Positions 54,947 through 64,000 of a DNA stretch of 64,000 bases are shown here, piece after piece. The position numbers and the translations under genes were made by a program. Each line of letters opens with the position of its first letter. Positions within the stretch are counted from its first letter, which is position 1. The DNA is from Candidatus Nomurabacteria bacterium (GTDB lineage: Bacteria; Patescibacteriota; Minisyncoccia; Phycocordibacterales; UBA9973): positions 12,292 through 76,291 of the forward strand of contig JBPOHQ010000007.1 in NCBI GenBank assembly GCA_052035405.1, read 5' to 3'. Under the pieces are notes generated by a model, which worked only from the letters and a program-made list of their open reading frames with translations, searched no databases and was not told where the DNA came from.

Positions 54947-56239
54947 ATGGGCAAACAGAAAGTACCCTCGGTTAAAGGCATGAATGACATTCTGCCTGAG
55001 AGGCTACGCAAAATGCAGTTTGTAGAGAATCTGCTACTGCAACTTAGCTACAACTATGGGTACTTGCAAGTTAAGACCCCATCAGTTGAGCATGCGGAGC
55101 TGTATACACGTACATCGGAATTTTCGGAAGAGAAGAGCTATCCGGTCATTGATCCGAAGGATCGTGGCCTAGTGCTCAAAAACGACCCGTGTGCACCTTT
55201 GGTTCGCTTGGCGATAGAAAACCTTGTAAACAGGCAACCAGCCCCTTATAAGCTGGTGGCTTGCGATAGTATCTTTCGCTCGACGAACCGCAGGCGTCGA
55301 GAGTTCCGGATGTTCAATTTGGCCTGCTTTGGCGTTCCTGGGTCTATGGCTGACGCCGAGATGCTACGACTTCTGGTCGATTTCTTTGAGGCTCGAGGGC
55401 TTGTGGGTTGCAAAATTACTTTCAACAACCTGCAGCTTTATACCTCCTTGCTTTCCAAAGAAGTTGATGATCCTGAAAAGGTTGGTTCCATATTGCATCA
55501 GATAAGATTTGCAACGGATTTGAAAGCTGTGAGAGAAATACTTACAACTTCACAAGTTTCTGAGCCAATTGGTTCGGTTATATTGCAACTCTGGTCTGGA
55601 ATACAAGGTACCGCTGAACTCATGAGGATCGCTGATTCTTTAGAATGCAATCCATTTACTGAGGCAGTTGTACATCTTGAAGCATTTGAAACAATGTTAC
55701 AAAGCCATGAATTGAATCTTGCGATATTGAATACTGCAAATCTTCACGGCACCGGCTTTTACTCGGGTCTTACGTACAAACTGATTGCACCTGGTGAAAA
55801 AGGTCGTGAAATTGCCGACGGTGGCAGATATGACGACATGTTCACTCAGCTTGGTGGAGTTGGTATGGGTGCTTGCGGAATTGGGTTAGGCATTGAGCGA
55901 CTGGTTGAAATACTAGAAAGCTATGGTTGCCAAACTCAGGAATCAACCACTTGCAAGAGTGTGTTTGTGATTAATGAATTGGACCGTGAATCTTTTGCAA
56001 AATGGTCCAAGACGATCCGCAAACTTCGACTTGAGGGTTTCAAGATTGAGGAAGATCTTTCCCAAAAGAAATTCCAAAAATCTTTTGCCAGAGCAAAGTT
56101 ACTTGGCTACGACCTTGTTTTGGTCATGAGACCTGCCGGTGACAGCATTACAGTACAAATTATCGATGCTAGCACTCTTTTAGTTAGAGAGTTAACAATT
56201 GATAACGAAGCTGAGCTTTATTCTCTTCTTCAAGGGTAA
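54947..56239 (+). CDS. Histidyl-tRNA-synthetase paralogue (HisRS-like, degenerate motif 2; HisZ-like or auxiliary aaRS), conspicuously GC-rich
   Basis: GMNDILPE...; motif 3 GGRYDDM...GIGLGIERL; C-terminal HGTP-anticodon-like domain; local GC (~45-50 % by eye) well above surroundings. Confidence 0.65.
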   Translation: MGKQKVPSVKGMNDILPERLRKMQFVENLLLQLSYNYGYLQVKTPSVEHAELYTRTSEFSEEKSYPVIDPKDRGLVLKNDPCAPLVRLAIENLVNRQPAPYKLVACDSIFRSTNRRRREFRMFNLACFGVPGSMADAEMLRLLVDFFEARGLVGCKITFNNLQLYTSLLSKEVDDPEKVGSILHQIRFATDLKAVREILTTSQVSEPIGSVILQLWSGIQGTAELMRIADSLECNPFTEAVVHLEAFETMLQSHELNLAILNTANLHGTGFYSGLTYKLIAPGEKGREIADGGRYDDMFTQLGGVGMGACGIGLGIERLVEILESYGCQTQESTTCKSVFVINELDRESFAKWSKTIRKLRLEGFKIEEDLSQKKFQKSFARAKLLGYDLVLVMRPAGDSITVQIIDASTLLVRELTIDNEAELYSLLQG

Positions 56240-56261
56240 ATAAAGACGAATGATTGATAAC

Positions 56262-56297
56262 ATCAGGGTTGTAGCATACAATAGCTACAACCCTGAT
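56262..56297. terminator. Perfect 14-bp inverted repeat atcagggttgtagc-N8-gctacaaccctgat (terminator or recombination hairpin)
   Basis: Seen directly; lies between the HisRS paralogue and the ABC permease gene. Confidence 0.5.
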
Positions 56298-56302
56298 TTA
56301 GT

Positions 56303-57070
56303 ATGAAAATACCATTTAATATTAAATTAATAATAGTACTGCTATCCATAACGCTTCTTATACAAGTGGTTTTTTTGCTTTTTCCTGAATGGTCTACGGT
56401 TTTACCTCAACCTCTTGAGGTAATTAAGGTAGGCGTAAATGAATTCTCGTCCGGAAATATTTTTATTGATATTTTAGTTAGTCTTAAAAGAGTGACAGTT
56501 GGTTTTCTTTTGGCGACAATTATCGCAATACCACTGGCGATATTTAGCGCCCATCATAAGATTGGTAGATATTTAGTTAATATAAACGAATTGTTACGAC
56601 ATATACCGCCAATAGCCTGGATACCTGTGGCCATAGTTTTTTTTGGCCTTGGAGATGCTTCCGCATTTTTTATTGTTTTCTTGGGTTCCTTTTTCCCAAT
56701 TTTTTTAAATACTTTTTTTGGAGCTAATAGTCTGCCCTTGGTGTATATCAGAGTTTGTCAGTCATTTGAGTTACCGAAAATGGTTTATATGAAAGATATA
56801 CTATTCAAATTCTCATTGCCATATATTTTTACAGGCTTAAGGATAGGTATAGGCATGGCATGGATGAGTGTTATTGCTGCAGAGTTAGTTGGTGCTCAAT
56901 CTGGGCTTGGCTATTATATACAATTCAATAGGCTACTTTTGCATATGGATAAGGTGGTTTTTGGAATGCTTTTGATTGGTTTAATAGGTTTATCTTTAAA
57001 TAAATTAATAAAGTTACTAGAGAAAAAGGTGCTGGTATGGGTGCCTTCAAATCACCATGATAGAAATTAA
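56303..57070 (+). CDS. ABC transporter permease (SsuC/TauC-like)
   Basis: Six transmembrane segments; EAA-like loop. Confidence 0.75.
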   Translation: MKIPFNIKLIIVLLSITLLIQVVFLLFPEWSTVLPQPLEVIKVGVNEFSSGNIFIDILVSLKRVTVGFLLATIIAIPLAIFSAHHKIGRYLVNINELLRHIPPIAWIPVAIVFFGLGDASAFFIVFLGSFFPIFLNTFFGANSLPLVYIRVCQSFELPKMVYMKDILFKFSLPYIFTGLRIGIGMAWMSVIAAELVGAQSGLGYYIQFNRLLLHMDKVVFGMLLIGLIGLSLNKLIKLLEKKVLVWVPSNHHDRN

Positions 57071-57773
57071 AAACATATCTCATAAATACAAAAGACAAAA
57101 TCAAAATATATTAAATGATATAAATTTTAATATTTCTGATGGAGAATTTGTTACTATTGTCGGAAAATCTGGATGTGGTAAATCAACACTCTTAAACATT
57201 ATTGCCGGATATATAAAACCAACTAACGGAAAGATATTTATTGAAGAAAAAGAAGTAAATAAGCCCGGCAAAGATAGGATTGTAATTCATCAAGGATATG
57301 ACCATTTTGATTGGATGAGCGTCGAAGATAATTTGTTATTAGTAAACAAAGATAAGTCTGTAGTTTATGGATTATTATCAAAAGTAGGACTTGAGGATAT
57401 GCACGATGCATTTCCGCACGAACTTTCTGGCGGAATGAAGAAAAGACTATCTATAGCCAGAGCCTTGGCAGCTGATCCTAAATTCTTGATTATGGACGAG
57501 CCATTTAGTTCACTGGATCATAAAATCAGAAGCCAGATCTATAAAGAAGTTTCGGCCTTAACCAAAGAACTAAATAAAACTGTTTTGTTAGTGACGCACG
57601 ACTTAGATGAAGCAATTGAATTGTCGAATAAGATTATTATTTTGTCTGGTGGCTCAACCACAGTTCATGAAGTAATCTATTTAGATAGACACAATCAATA
57701 TAATGACCATTCAAAGTTTTTGGATCAAATATTTAATTTAAAAAATCAAATAAAAAAATTGATTGAAGATTAA
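57057..57773 (+). CDS. ABC transporter ATP-binding protein
   Basis: Walker A GKSGCGKST; signature LSGGMKKRLSIARAL; Walker B LIMDEP. Confidence 0.85.
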   Translation: MIEIKNISHKYKRQNQNILNDINFNISDGEFVTIVGKSGCGKSTLLNIIAGYIKPTNGKIFIEEKEVNKPGKDRIVIHQGYDHFDWMSVEDNLLLVNKDKSVVYGLLSKVGLEDMHDAFPHELSGGMKKRLSIARALAADPKFLIMDEPFSSLDHKIRSQIYKEVSALTKELNKTVLLVTHDLDEAIELSNKIIILSGGSTTVHEVIYLDRHNQYNDHSKFLDQIFNLKNQIKKLIED

Positions 57774-57850
57774 TAAATTATTTTCTACTTGAATTTTCTT
57801 AAGAAATAAGTAATAGTAAGGGGATGAGTTTAAGTATCGGAATGGCGTGA

Positions 57851-57943
57851 GCACAACACGACATATACCCGATCAAGTTATTCCTTTCTATTTCACTATT
57901 AAATTACCACCTCCTTTAGTTAGAGGGATGGATTATGGATTCA
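57851..57943 (+). repeat. Copy 2 of the ~91-bp direct repeat (see 48779-48869)
   Basis: Seen directly. Confidence 0.8.
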
Positions 57944-58032
57944 GTAATTATAATAAAGAGCACAAATAGGCTACTTAGGTTTTTGTAAAAATTTGATAAA
58001 ATCTGTGTAAGATGATTTAATCATTAATATCT

Positions 58033-59088
58033 ATGAGAACAATTCTTATTACTGGTGGCTGTGGCTTTATTGGAGCAAACACGGCAGAGTACTATCTAAC
58101 TAAAAAAGGCTATAAAGTTGTTGTGCTAGATAATCTTTCAAGAGTTGGTTCTAAGTATAATTTACAATGGCTAAAAAAAATTAACGGTAACTTTGTTTTT
58201 CGAAAAATTGACATAAGGGATTACAAATCTTTACTTGTAATATTTGAAGAAGTTAAGCCTGACTTAATTCTACATTTAGCAGGACAAACCACGGTAACTG
58301 GTTCCATGGTAAATCCAAGAGAAGATTTTGAAATTAATGCTGTTGGTACTTTTAATGTTTTAGAAGCCCTTAGAAATGGCGCACCTAAGGCTACCTTGAT
58401 TTACTCTAGTACAAACAAAGTAATGGGCGAACTAGCAGACATGCCTATTCGAGAAGAAAAAAATAAATATTCTTTCAAGAACATAAAAGGTATTTCTGAA
58501 AAACAGCCATTAGATTTTTGTAGCCCATATGGTTGCTCAAAAGGTTGTGGTGATCAATATGTTTTAGATTATGCAAGAATTTATAAATTAAACACTGTCG
58601 TTTTTAGGCAATCATGTATTTATGGTTCAAGACAATTCGGCATAGAAGGACAAGGGTGGCTTGCCTGGCTCATGAGTTCTTTGATTTTTGATCAGGCTGT
58701 ATCTTTATATGGTACGGGCAAACAAGTTAGAGACATTCTGCATGTTAGAGATTTAATAAGTGCTTTTGATTTAGCTTTTAAAAATATTAAAATAACTAAG
58801 GGCAAAGCTTATACTATTGGAGGAGGTCCAAATTTTTCTGTCTCTATTTTAGAATTCTTTGAAATCCTAGAAAATATTTCTGGTAAGAAGTTTAACTACA
58901 AGATGAAACCTTGGAGATTGGTAGATCAAAAAGTCTATATTTCCGATGTGTCTTCGGCAAGTAAAGATTTTAATTGGATACCAAAAGTGAGTCCAAAAGA
59001 AGGTATAAAAGATATGTATGATTGGGTTTTGCAAAATAAACAACTTATAGATAAATCTGGTATTTTAAATAATAAAACAAAAAAATAA
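58033..59088 (+). CDS. NAD-dependent sugar epimerase/dehydratase (SDR family)
   Basis: ILITGGCGFIGAN; YGCSK (YxxxK). Confidence 0.8.
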   Translation: MRTILITGGCGFIGANTAEYYLTKKGYKVVVLDNLSRVGSKYNLQWLKKINGNFVFRKIDIRDYKSLLVIFEEVKPDLILHLAGQTTVTGSMVNPREDFEINAVGTFNVLEALRNGAPKATLIYSSTNKVMGELADMPIREEKNKYSFKNIKGISEKQPLDFCSPYGCSKGCGDQYVLDYARIYKLNTVVFRQSCIYGSRQFGIEGQGWLAWLMSSLIFDQAVSLYGTGKQVRDILHVRDLISAFDLAFKNIKITKGKAYTIGGGPNFSVSILEFFEILENISGKKFNYKMKPWRLVDQKVYISDVSSASKDFNWIPKVSPKEGIKDMYDWVLQNKQLIDKSGILNNKTKK

Positions 59089-60009
59089 TTGCTACTGATC
59101 ATGGAAAAAGGACCCGAAAGAATAATAAATATCGATATAAAATGTCTACAAATTGACAGAGAAAATTTAGAATCCCAGCTTAAAAAAATTTCAGAGGTTC
59201 TATTAAAAATATCAGAAGACGATCGTTTCGATACCTTCTCTCACTTTGCAACACTTGCCGACATTTCAGACAGTCAAAGTGTTGATCCAGTAAATAGTGT
59301 GGAATTGTTAGAAAACTGGGACTATGAAAGTATGGATTTTATTAAAAAAGAGAAAGCAGGAAACTGTGTTGATTTTGCAGTCTTGTGTCAAAAAATGTTA
59401 GCAGATGTTGGAGTGCCCACAACAATAATTGGAAGACTGGCAGAAGAAAAAGATTATACACCAAGACAAGCCAGCTTTTTAAAATATAGACACGTTGCTC
59501 CTATGTATGCAAATGAATCAAACGGGTTAAAATTATTTGTATTGGAACCAAGTTGGAAGTTTTCTGAACCAGTACCAATTGCATTAGGTGTACCTTCTAT
59601 TTATAAAGACTGGGTATCTGAGGTAACTAATATCAAAGGTGTAAATTTTTCCCAAAAAGCATTTAATCCAGTAAAGAATAAACGCAGAGAAAGATTGTAT
59701 GATATTCATCCACTTGATATAGACTACTGCTGTCAACTAACTAAGCGTTTTATCCGAGTGCCTAGAGAATTAAAAATATTGAATACAAAAAACGAAGAAA
59801 TTATTCAATTCGTTAAATTTGACGCTAAGAAGCAGATATTTGTCACAAATATAGAGGGTGTGGGTTCTGAGTTTTTACCTGACACAATTAGTGGGGAGCA
59901 ATCAAGAGTGTTAGAAGAAGTTTTGGGAAAGCCTGAATTAACCACTTATCTATCTAAAGTTTTTAATTTCATACAATCATTACCGAATGATTTTTGGATA
60001 AAAGATTAA
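59089..60009 (+). CDS. Transglutaminase-like (Cys-His-Asp) domain protein (tentative)
   Basis: GNCVDFAVLCQKMLADVGVPTTIIG...RHVAP. Confidence 0.4.
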   Translation: MLLIMEKGPERIINIDIKCLQIDRENLESQLKKISEVLLKISEDDRFDTFSHFATLADISDSQSVDPVNSVELLENWDYESMDFIKKEKAGNCVDFAVLCQKMLADVGVPTTIIGRLAEEKDYTPRQASFLKYRHVAPMYANESNGLKLFVLEPSWKFSEPVPIALGVPSIYKDWVSEVTNIKGVNFSQKAFNPVKNKRRERLYDIHPLDIDYCCQLTKRFIRVPRELKILNTKNEEIIQFVKFDAKKQIFVTNIEGVGSEFLPDTISGEQSRVLEEVLGKPELTTYLSKVFNFIQSLPNDFWIKD

Positions 60010-60027
60010 TAATTAATTTAACAATAT

Positions 60028-61224
60028 ATGAAAATATGTATTTACGCTCATAGTTTTCCGCCTATTATTGGTGGTGCCCAGACTTACCAATATAATTTAG
60101 CTATCGGTTTAGGTAAGCTGGGTCACGAGGTGTTAGTTTTAACAGGTGAGATTCCCAATTCTTTAAAACCGAAGATTAAAGATTATAAATCGCCTTATTT
60201 TAAAGTTGTTAGAGTTCCTGGTTTTCGTGAATCCATTAAAATGAAAGCACCTTTTAGAGATTTACTAATTGATTCGTTTAATATTTTAAAAAAGTTTGAC
60301 CCAGACATCATATATTCAAATGGATTTATCCCTTGTTTACTTATTTCTATGATAAAAGATGGTTTGCGTGCTAAACATATTTTTAGTTATCATTCTACTC
60401 CAGAGTTGGATGTAAATAAGCTTGTCGGTATTTGGCCTGGAAATTTAGAGTTTGAGTTATCAATTGCTAGATATATTTTTAAGCAAAGGTCTTTTGATGC
60501 TTATTTAGCATGTAGCAATAACTATCTTAATACTGTAAAAAGTAGCGTTGATGCAAAAATAAAAAACGCACACCGTATTTATTACGGCGTAGACATGAAA
60601 AAGTTTTCTTTTGAGTTAAAAGTTAACAGAGAAAAACATGGCTTCAGTAACAGAGATTTTATTGTTCTTTGTCCGGTCAGACTTATTGAAAGAAAAGGCA
60701 TTCTGGATATTTTAAAAGCATTTAGCATATTAAAAAAAGAGATTCCAAATATTAAACTTTTAATTCCTACGAGCAAGCTTTCTACAAATGATAAATTTGC
60801 TCAATCAATTTTAATATTGATTAAAAAGTTAAAAATACAAAATTATGTTTCAATAAGACCAGATGAGTTTACTATAGAAGACATGCCTAAGGTTTACGCT
60901 CTTTCAGATATAATGGTTTTTCCTTCATATTCAGAAGGGTTGGGCATAATATCTCTAGAAGCAATGTCTATGAAAAAACCAGTAGTTGCTACAAACATTC
61001 CTGGAATTAACGAGGTCGTTATACATAACAAAACAGGATTATTAGTAGACATAAAAAATCCTAAACAGATTGCTGAATCAATAAAGTTGCTATATAAAGA
61101 CAACGATTTACGAGACCGTCTAACTAAAAATGCGTACTCTATGATTCAAAAAGAGTTTGAATTAAATAATCAAGTTAAAAAAGCTGAAAAGCTTTTTGTT
61201 GCAGTATATGGAAAAAATAAATAA
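60028..61224 (+). CDS. GT4-family glycosyltransferase
   Basis: FPSYSEGLGIISLEAMSMKKPVVATNIPG (EX7E region). Confidence 0.8.
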   Translation: MKICIYAHSFPPIIGGAQTYQYNLAIGLGKLGHEVLVLTGEIPNSLKPKIKDYKSPYFKVVRVPGFRESIKMKAPFRDLLIDSFNILKKFDPDIIYSNGFIPCLLISMIKDGLRAKHIFSYHSTPELDVNKLVGIWPGNLEFELSIARYIFKQRSFDAYLACSNNYLNTVKSSVDAKIKNAHRIYYGVDMKKFSFELKVNREKHGFSNRDFIVLCPVRLIERKGILDILKAFSILKKEIPNIKLLIPTSKLSTNDKFAQSILILIKKLKIQNYVSIRPDEFTIEDMPKVYALSDIMVFPSYSEGLGIISLEAMSMKKPVVATNIPGINEVVIHNKTGLLVDIKNPKQIAESIKLLYKDNDLRDRLTKNAYSMIQKEFELNNQVKKAEKLFVAVYGKNK

Positions 61225-61831
61225 AACTCTAGCAAATAAAATTAAAAAGTACATAAAAAGCACTAGACATCCATTAATTGTTTTAATCTCTGGTATCAAT
61301 GGAGTGGGTAAAACAACAGTGGCTTTTAATTTGTCGAATCTTTTGGATATAAAGCAAAGAGTTGGGCTAGGTTCAATAGTAAAGACTCTTATCTCAATCG
61401 ATCCAAAGAATAAAGATTTTTATAAGATGGATAATTATTTCACATCTTCTATTAAGATGAATGAATTAAAAAAACAGTCTTTAGTTATAAGTAAGTCAGT
61501 AAATCTAATGATAGAAAAATATAGCGTTGGGGGAGTTTCTTGTATTATTGAAGGTGTCCAGTTGATACCGAGATATTTGGTTGGTAATACAATTCAATTT
61601 TATATACAAATCACTGATTCAAAAAAGTACAAACAACGGTTAGAAATTTGTGACACTAGAACTCCTCGCATTGTTTCTGAAAAAGAATTTAGTAATTTAC
61701 TAAAACTGAATCAGCTTCTAGAGAAAGAAATGAGTAAGAGTAAAGTGTGTGTTTTGGATGGTTCAAAGTCTTTGGTTGCAATTATCAACGAAATGTTGGA
61801 AAATATAGCTATTAATCTTAATTTAAAGTAA
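61196..61831 (+). CDS. P-loop NTPase/kinase-like protein
   Basis: Walker A GINGVGKTT. Confidence 0.45.
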   Translation: MLQYMEKINKTLANKIKKYIKSTRHPLIVLISGINGVGKTTVAFNLSNLLDIKQRVGLGSIVKTLISIDPKNKDFYKMDNYFTSSIKMNELKKQSLVISKSVNLMIEKYSVGGVSCIIEGVQLIPRYLVGNTIQFYIQITDSKKYKQRLEICDTRTPRIVSEKEFSNLLKLNQLLEKEMSKSKVCVLDGSKSLVAIINEMLENIAINLNLK

Positions 61832-61839
61832 TAAAATTT

Positions 61840-62823
61840 ATGTCTATTGAATTCTCTGAGTTAAAACAACTATCAAAAGAAGCAAGAGATGCCTCGAATA
61901 TACTTAGAAAAGAGCTTGGAGAAATGCCACATAAAATCAAAGGCAATTTCATTGCTTTCTTTGGTCGTCAATTTAATCCTGATTACAAATGGAATAGTGC
62001 CTTAAAACCATTATGGTCTGGTTTTTATATTAAATATAATGATTTGGAAATGATGGTAGATCCCGGGATAAATATTTTGGAAAGGGCAGAAAGAATAGGT
62101 GTTAATTTGGCACTCACAAATACTTTGTTTATCTCTCACGGACACATAGATCATGGTCATGATGCAAATGTGATTGCTGAAATGGCTGCTTATAGGGAGA
62201 ATTCCAAACTGCGAATATTAATGTCTGAGTGCACACAAGAAGAGAAAATAATGAGCCATTATCATTCTCAGTCTCAAGATGGAACTGAACTTATTTTAAT
62301 TGATAAATCGAAGGGAATTGATTTAGGAAATAATATTAAATTAAAGCCAGTAGAAGTATTGCATACAATCGGAGGATCCTTTGGCTTTGTCCTTGATTTA
62401 CACGGATTAACAATTGGATATACAGGCGATACTGGTTTTAACGCAACATATAAAACCACTGACGGTAGAGAACTCCCTGCTTTTGGTAAAATTCCAGACA
62501 AAAAAGAAATTGAAGAACCGGGAGCTTTTAACGAGGAATTGAAGAAAGTTTTTAGTGACCTGGATATGTTGGTTTTCAATTTGCATGATGTTGAATTCAG
62601 AAAACACACTAAACATAATTTGTATCATTCTACTGTATCTGATGCCGTGGAAGTTCTACAGGGATCCAAAGTCAAGCATTGTTTTTTTGAACATTTTAAT
62701 CCTCATGGATGTCTAGGCGTAGAGTATCCACAAAAAGTGAATCAGTATATAAAAGAAGTTAGTGGCAAAGAAACAACACTTGTTGCCTTAAATGGACATA
62801 TTGTTAACCTAGATAATATTTAA
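61840..62823 (+). CDS. MBL-fold metallo-hydrolase
   Basis: SHGHIDHGHD (HxHxDH). Confidence 0.7.
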   Translation: MSIEFSELKQLSKEARDASNILRKELGEMPHKIKGNFIAFFGRQFNPDYKWNSALKPLWSGFYIKYNDLEMMVDPGINILERAERIGVNLALTNTLFISHGHIDHGHDANVIAEMAAYRENSKLRILMSECTQEEKIMSHYHSQSQDGTELILIDKSKGIDLGNNIKLKPVEVLHTIGGSFGFVLDLHGLTIGYTGDTGFNATYKTTDGRELPAFGKIPDKKEIEEPGAFNEELKKVFSDLDMLVFNLHDVEFRKHTKHNLYHSTVSDAVEVLQGSKVKHCFFEHFNPHGCLGVEYPQKVNQYIKEVSGKETTLVALNGHIVNLDNI

Positions 62824-62825
62824 TT

Positions 62826-63885
62826 ATGCCTAGCGAAACACCTAAATTTTTTGTTGATAAGGTTAGAGAACAAAAAGAAGGTGACCCTCATCCTTATGAT
62901 GCTTTAATTCATGTCGAAAAAGATACAGAACGAATGGGTTTCGTGCAAGATAATTTTGTTTGTGAGGTGGTTAACGAAAAAGGCCAAGAATCAACGATAA
63001 GATTTCCTACCGCAATAACTTATTTTAAAAATGAAGGTTCTAAAAATTGGTCAAAAAAATTATATGGCTATAAAGAATCAGTTCAAGAGGCCTTAAGTTC
63101 AGAAGAAATGAATTATTATGTTGTTTATGACCCAACCTCTGAGTTAAGTTTTTTAGCGATGCCTTTTGATAACAATACTCAAATAGCACGATGTAGAGAT
63201 AATTTAAACTTGTTTTTAAAAAATGGAAAACTTGAAGACAAAGAATCCTTATTAAAATTAATATCTGAATTTAAAGGTGTAGATTTCGGGTTATTTGGTT
63301 CTAGATTTATAAAAAATTATGATCAACCAACAAAAATATCAGATATAGATTTGATAATTTATGGACCAGAAGATTTGCAAAAAGTTGTTGATTCTCTTGA
63401 AATGGATGAATCATTAAGAAAAAAAGTTGGTGTTAGTTTTAAAGATTCAAGTAGATTTGAGCAATATGTGCAATATTATATGAAAAAATTTAACCTGACT
63501 GAGGCCGAGGCAAAAATTATGTTTACAAGACGAAGACGTTATATGCTTAACCCAGGTATTAAGTTTTCAATTAATTGCGCATTACCACATAACGATACAA
63601 ACAGAAAAATACCTATAACCGTGGGCTCAAAAAAAAATACACGATATTTCAATAGAAGGTACAGCCTTAGATACTTCTCTGTCTTCAAATTTACCAAGAG
63701 TTTTTTCTGTGGAAAGTGAGGGACAAAAAATTGATATAGTAACTGGTATTTGGTCATTAAAGGATTTTATTAGGACTGGCGATAAGGTAAAAGTAACTGG
63801 AGCATTGAGAGAATCAGATGGTGTGACTTTTATCTCTTTAGAAAAACCAGGAGATATTATTATACCAATAGCCAATGAGAAATAA
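62826..63885 (+). pseudogene. Pol-beta-superfamily/LicD-like nucleotidyltransferase-fold protein interrupted by a frameshift at an A9 tract (63629-63637); 62826-63719 plus the +1 frame to TAA 63883-63885
   Basis: GLFGSRFIKNYDQPTKISDIDLII (GS...DxD); the +1 frame is closed upstream of the A-run and open for 82 codons downstream with protein-like sequence. Confidence 0.5.
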
Positions 63886-64000
63886 TCAGAAGTTAGCTGA
63901 GCAAATATTCCAAGATGGAAAGTTAATAAAAAAACTGAGCCCTAGTCGCAATGCTTTTAATAGTGAGGCGTGTATTTATAGATGGCTAGATAATGATTAT

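Noticed and set aside
1-64000. CRISPR arrays and tRNA/rRNA genes
   Set aside because: No regularly spaced short repeats were found. The only repeats are two pairs of dispersed direct repeats (46 bp and 91 bp), not arrays. No cloverleaf-like tRNA or rRNA signatures were seen by eye; a tRNAscan/Infernal run would be needed to be sure.
63887-64000. Open frame running off the window end
   Set aside because: No start codon visible and too short to call.

Overview
This window is a low-GC (~30-35 % by eye), gene-dense stretch that looks like a Patescibacteria/CPR-type genome; that assignment is my inference from the split transketolase, GH130 enzymes, lamin-tail-domain proteins, giant surface proteins and weak Shine-Dalgarno signals. 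Three blocks can be read off the sequence.

(1) 0.2-11 kb is an accessory island bracketed by a ~46-bp direct repeat (231-276 and 10997-11043). It holds an ASCH-like gene, a frameshifted GNAT acetyltransferase, a GC-rich structured non-coding patch and a membrane protein. Its main cargo is a 2653-aa Sec-secreted SpvB/beta-propeller/RHS-YD polymorphic toxin (2271-10232). The C-terminal domain after the DPxGL auto-cleavage motif carries MepK/YcbK-like peptidase-M15 motifs, which points to a peptidoglycan-hydrolase toxin. A gene for a membrane-anchored extracytoplasmic protein follows 2 nt later (10234-10830) and is the candidate immunity partner.

(2) 11-32.5 kb is housekeeping: MutY/Nth-like glycosylase, msrA, mscL with an odd C-terminal zinc ribbon, an orphan histidine kinase, manC plus three GH130 phosphorylase domains (one with a Lys-rich tail), hpf, fmt, def, hisS, lepB, pth, dnaE, gap, rpiB, rpe-like, split tkt and a PfkB kinase.

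(3) 32.5-48.7 kb is an uninterrupted same-strand run of secreted or membrane-anchored proteins: an LTD+PKD protein, a 2085-aa tail-fibre-like giant with an internal peptidase-S74 intramolecular-chaperone domain followed by a ~340-aa extension, two pairs of small paralogues (one pair sharing a C-terminal TFIATxT[YF] end), a DUF916/CscA-like protein, a dockerin protein and two membrane-anchored cohesin-like proteins. Together these look like a surface attachment/assembly locus.

Downstream, 48.8-57.9 kb is a second island bounded by ~91-bp direct repeats (48779-48869 and 57851-57943). It carries an S66 LD-carboxypeptidase, an Ssu/Tau-like ABC importer, two alkaline-phosphatase-superfamily (NPP-like) phosphodiesterases and a conspicuously GC-rich second HisRS paralogue. 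After that comes a glycan-type cluster (epimerase, GT4, MBL hydrolase, nucleotidyltransferase split by a frameshift at an A9 tract). I found no rRNA, tRNA or CRISPR array by eye.
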